Assembly (NCBI GenBank): GCA_002687025.1
Contig: NYZG01000444.1
Span: forward strand, 1-42,544
Direction of reading: 5' to 3'
DNA from: Candidatus Poribacteria bacterium
Lineage (GTDB): Bacteria; Poribacteria; WGA-4E; GCA-2687025
Length of the DNA: 42,544 nt
The notes below the pieces were generated by a model. It saw only the letters and a list, made by a program, of their open reading frames with translations. It was not told the DNA's origin and did not search any database. Below, piece by piece: positions 41,961-42,544 of the stretch. The position numbers and the translations under genes are program-made. Position 1 is the stretch's first letter, and each line of letters begins with the position of its first letter.

Positions 41961-42544
41961 TCACATCACCTGCCGCAGCACGACGAAGTCCCCCGGATTC
42001 CACGCCTGCGCGACGATGTACAGCACGCCGTTGACCTCGCGGATTGCGGCGTTGTGCACGTGCTGGAACAGCTCCAGGCCAAGCTCCTCCTTCGGCCAGA
42101 TGGTCGAGACCACCGCGCCGCCCTTCAGGACATAGATAGGCGCCCCTTGCTCGTGGTCCCGCCCGAAAAGACAGCCCACGACTGCGTAGTCGCCCTCGTA
42201 GTCCACGTCGCACGGCCATGCGCCTTCGGGCAGGCGCAATGTGGACAGATGCGCGCCGTCACGTGAGAAGCGATCGATCTCGCCGTTCGGTCGGTCCGAC
42301 ACGTGTACCTCCGCGCGGCCCTTCGAGATCGTGACACCGTGCCCCGTCCCGAACTGCCCGGCGCCGTCGCCCCGACCCCCGAACGCCCTCGGCGTCCATG
42401 ACATAGCGACGCCGTCGCTCAGGTCCACCGAAGCCGTCAGGACGTAATCGAGGGGCGAGTAGCCGGTCGTGACGTAGAGCCGGCCGTCCACGTAGTCAGC
42501 GTCGGTGGGCACGAAAGCGCCGCCACCCACGAAATACGCGCTCA
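41961..42544 (-). CDS. NHL-repeat / six-bladed beta-propeller protein; C-terminal part only (the gene runs off the window edge)
   Basis: The frame is open to nt 42544. NHL-like GQFGTGHGVTISKGRAEVHVSDRPNGEIDRFSRDG. Confidence 0.7.
   Translation of the reverse strand, partial: SAYFVGGGAFVPTDADYVDGRLYVTTGYSPLDYVLTASVDLSDGVAMSWTPRAFGGRGDGAGQFGTGHGVTISKGRAEVHVSDRPNGEIDRFSRDGAHLSTLRLPEGAWPCDVDYEGDYAVVGCLFGRDHEQGAPIYVLKGGAVVSTIWPKEELGLELFQHVHNAAIREVNGVLYIVAQAWNPGDFVVLRQVM

Noticed and set aside
1-42544. tRNA, rRNA, transposase, integrase, phage or known defence-system genes
   Set aside because: I scanned the intergenic regions and all ORF translations. I saw no tRNA-like T-arm/acceptor pattern, no DDE or tyrosine/serine recombinase motifs, and no nuclease/ATPase/helicase defence-type proteins. 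This is absence of evidence from reading by eye only.

Overview
42.5-kb bacterial chromosomal segment. It is visibly GC-rich (G/C at most third codon positions; I did not compute a value) and gene-dense, with about 35 protein-coding genes on both strands. I see no rRNA, tRNA, CRISPR array, transposase, integrase or recognisable defence gene. The many long Arg/Pro/Gly-rich ORFs in the six-frame track are mirror-frame shadows of real genes, as expected for high-GC DNA.

Gene content:
1. Glycan-scavenging type enzymes, mostly without signal peptides: DUF1080, DUF4091, a BNR sialidase fused to LamG, and a GH53 galactanase. With them are two Gfo/Idh/MocA oxidoreductases, a PhyH dioxygenase and two flavoproteins.
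2. A cytosolic peptidase operon (M3B PepF, M14 carboxypeptidase, GNAT) and an M19 dipeptidase.
3. Housekeeping-type singletons: stand-alone CheY receiver, SAM methyltransferase, NUDIX hydrolase, APH-type kinase, three GNATs, and an orphan hydrogenase-maturation-protease-like gene.
4. Secreted or surface proteins carrying two recurrent C-terminal modules. One is a 94-aa FlgD-Ig/T9SS-like domain (NYPNPFNPETWIPFEL...) found on two large adhesin-like proteins. The other is a short tag (V-D/E-P/A-x-G-K-x3-T-W-x2-L/M-K/R) found on three otherwise different secreted proteins.

The most unusual locus is 23.2-30.2 kb, an isolated same-strand block of three genes:
- an outer-membrane beta-barrel with an acidic Ca-binding-type insert;
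- a Tat-like exported protein with an Ada-type Cys/His motif;
- a 1391-aa lipoprotein made of about 29 Reg_prop propeller blades, with no signalling output domain and a Cys-less copy of the same Ada-like motif at its C-terminus.

Other points:
- a large PPC/Calx-beta adhesin gene is split by a 1-nt frameshift in a C5 run;
- the window starts with a hairpin plus an exact 31-bp tandem repeat, directly upstream of a cohesin/dockerin-like protein that lacks a signal peptide;
- there are several clean hairpin terminators, a near-consensus extended -10 promoter with a ~180-nt leader, and two unexplained non-coding gaps of 450-600 bp.

The taxon cannot be determined from the sequence alone. The motif repertoire looks like an uncultivated lineage (candidate phylum, FCB- or PVC-like), but that is only an impression.
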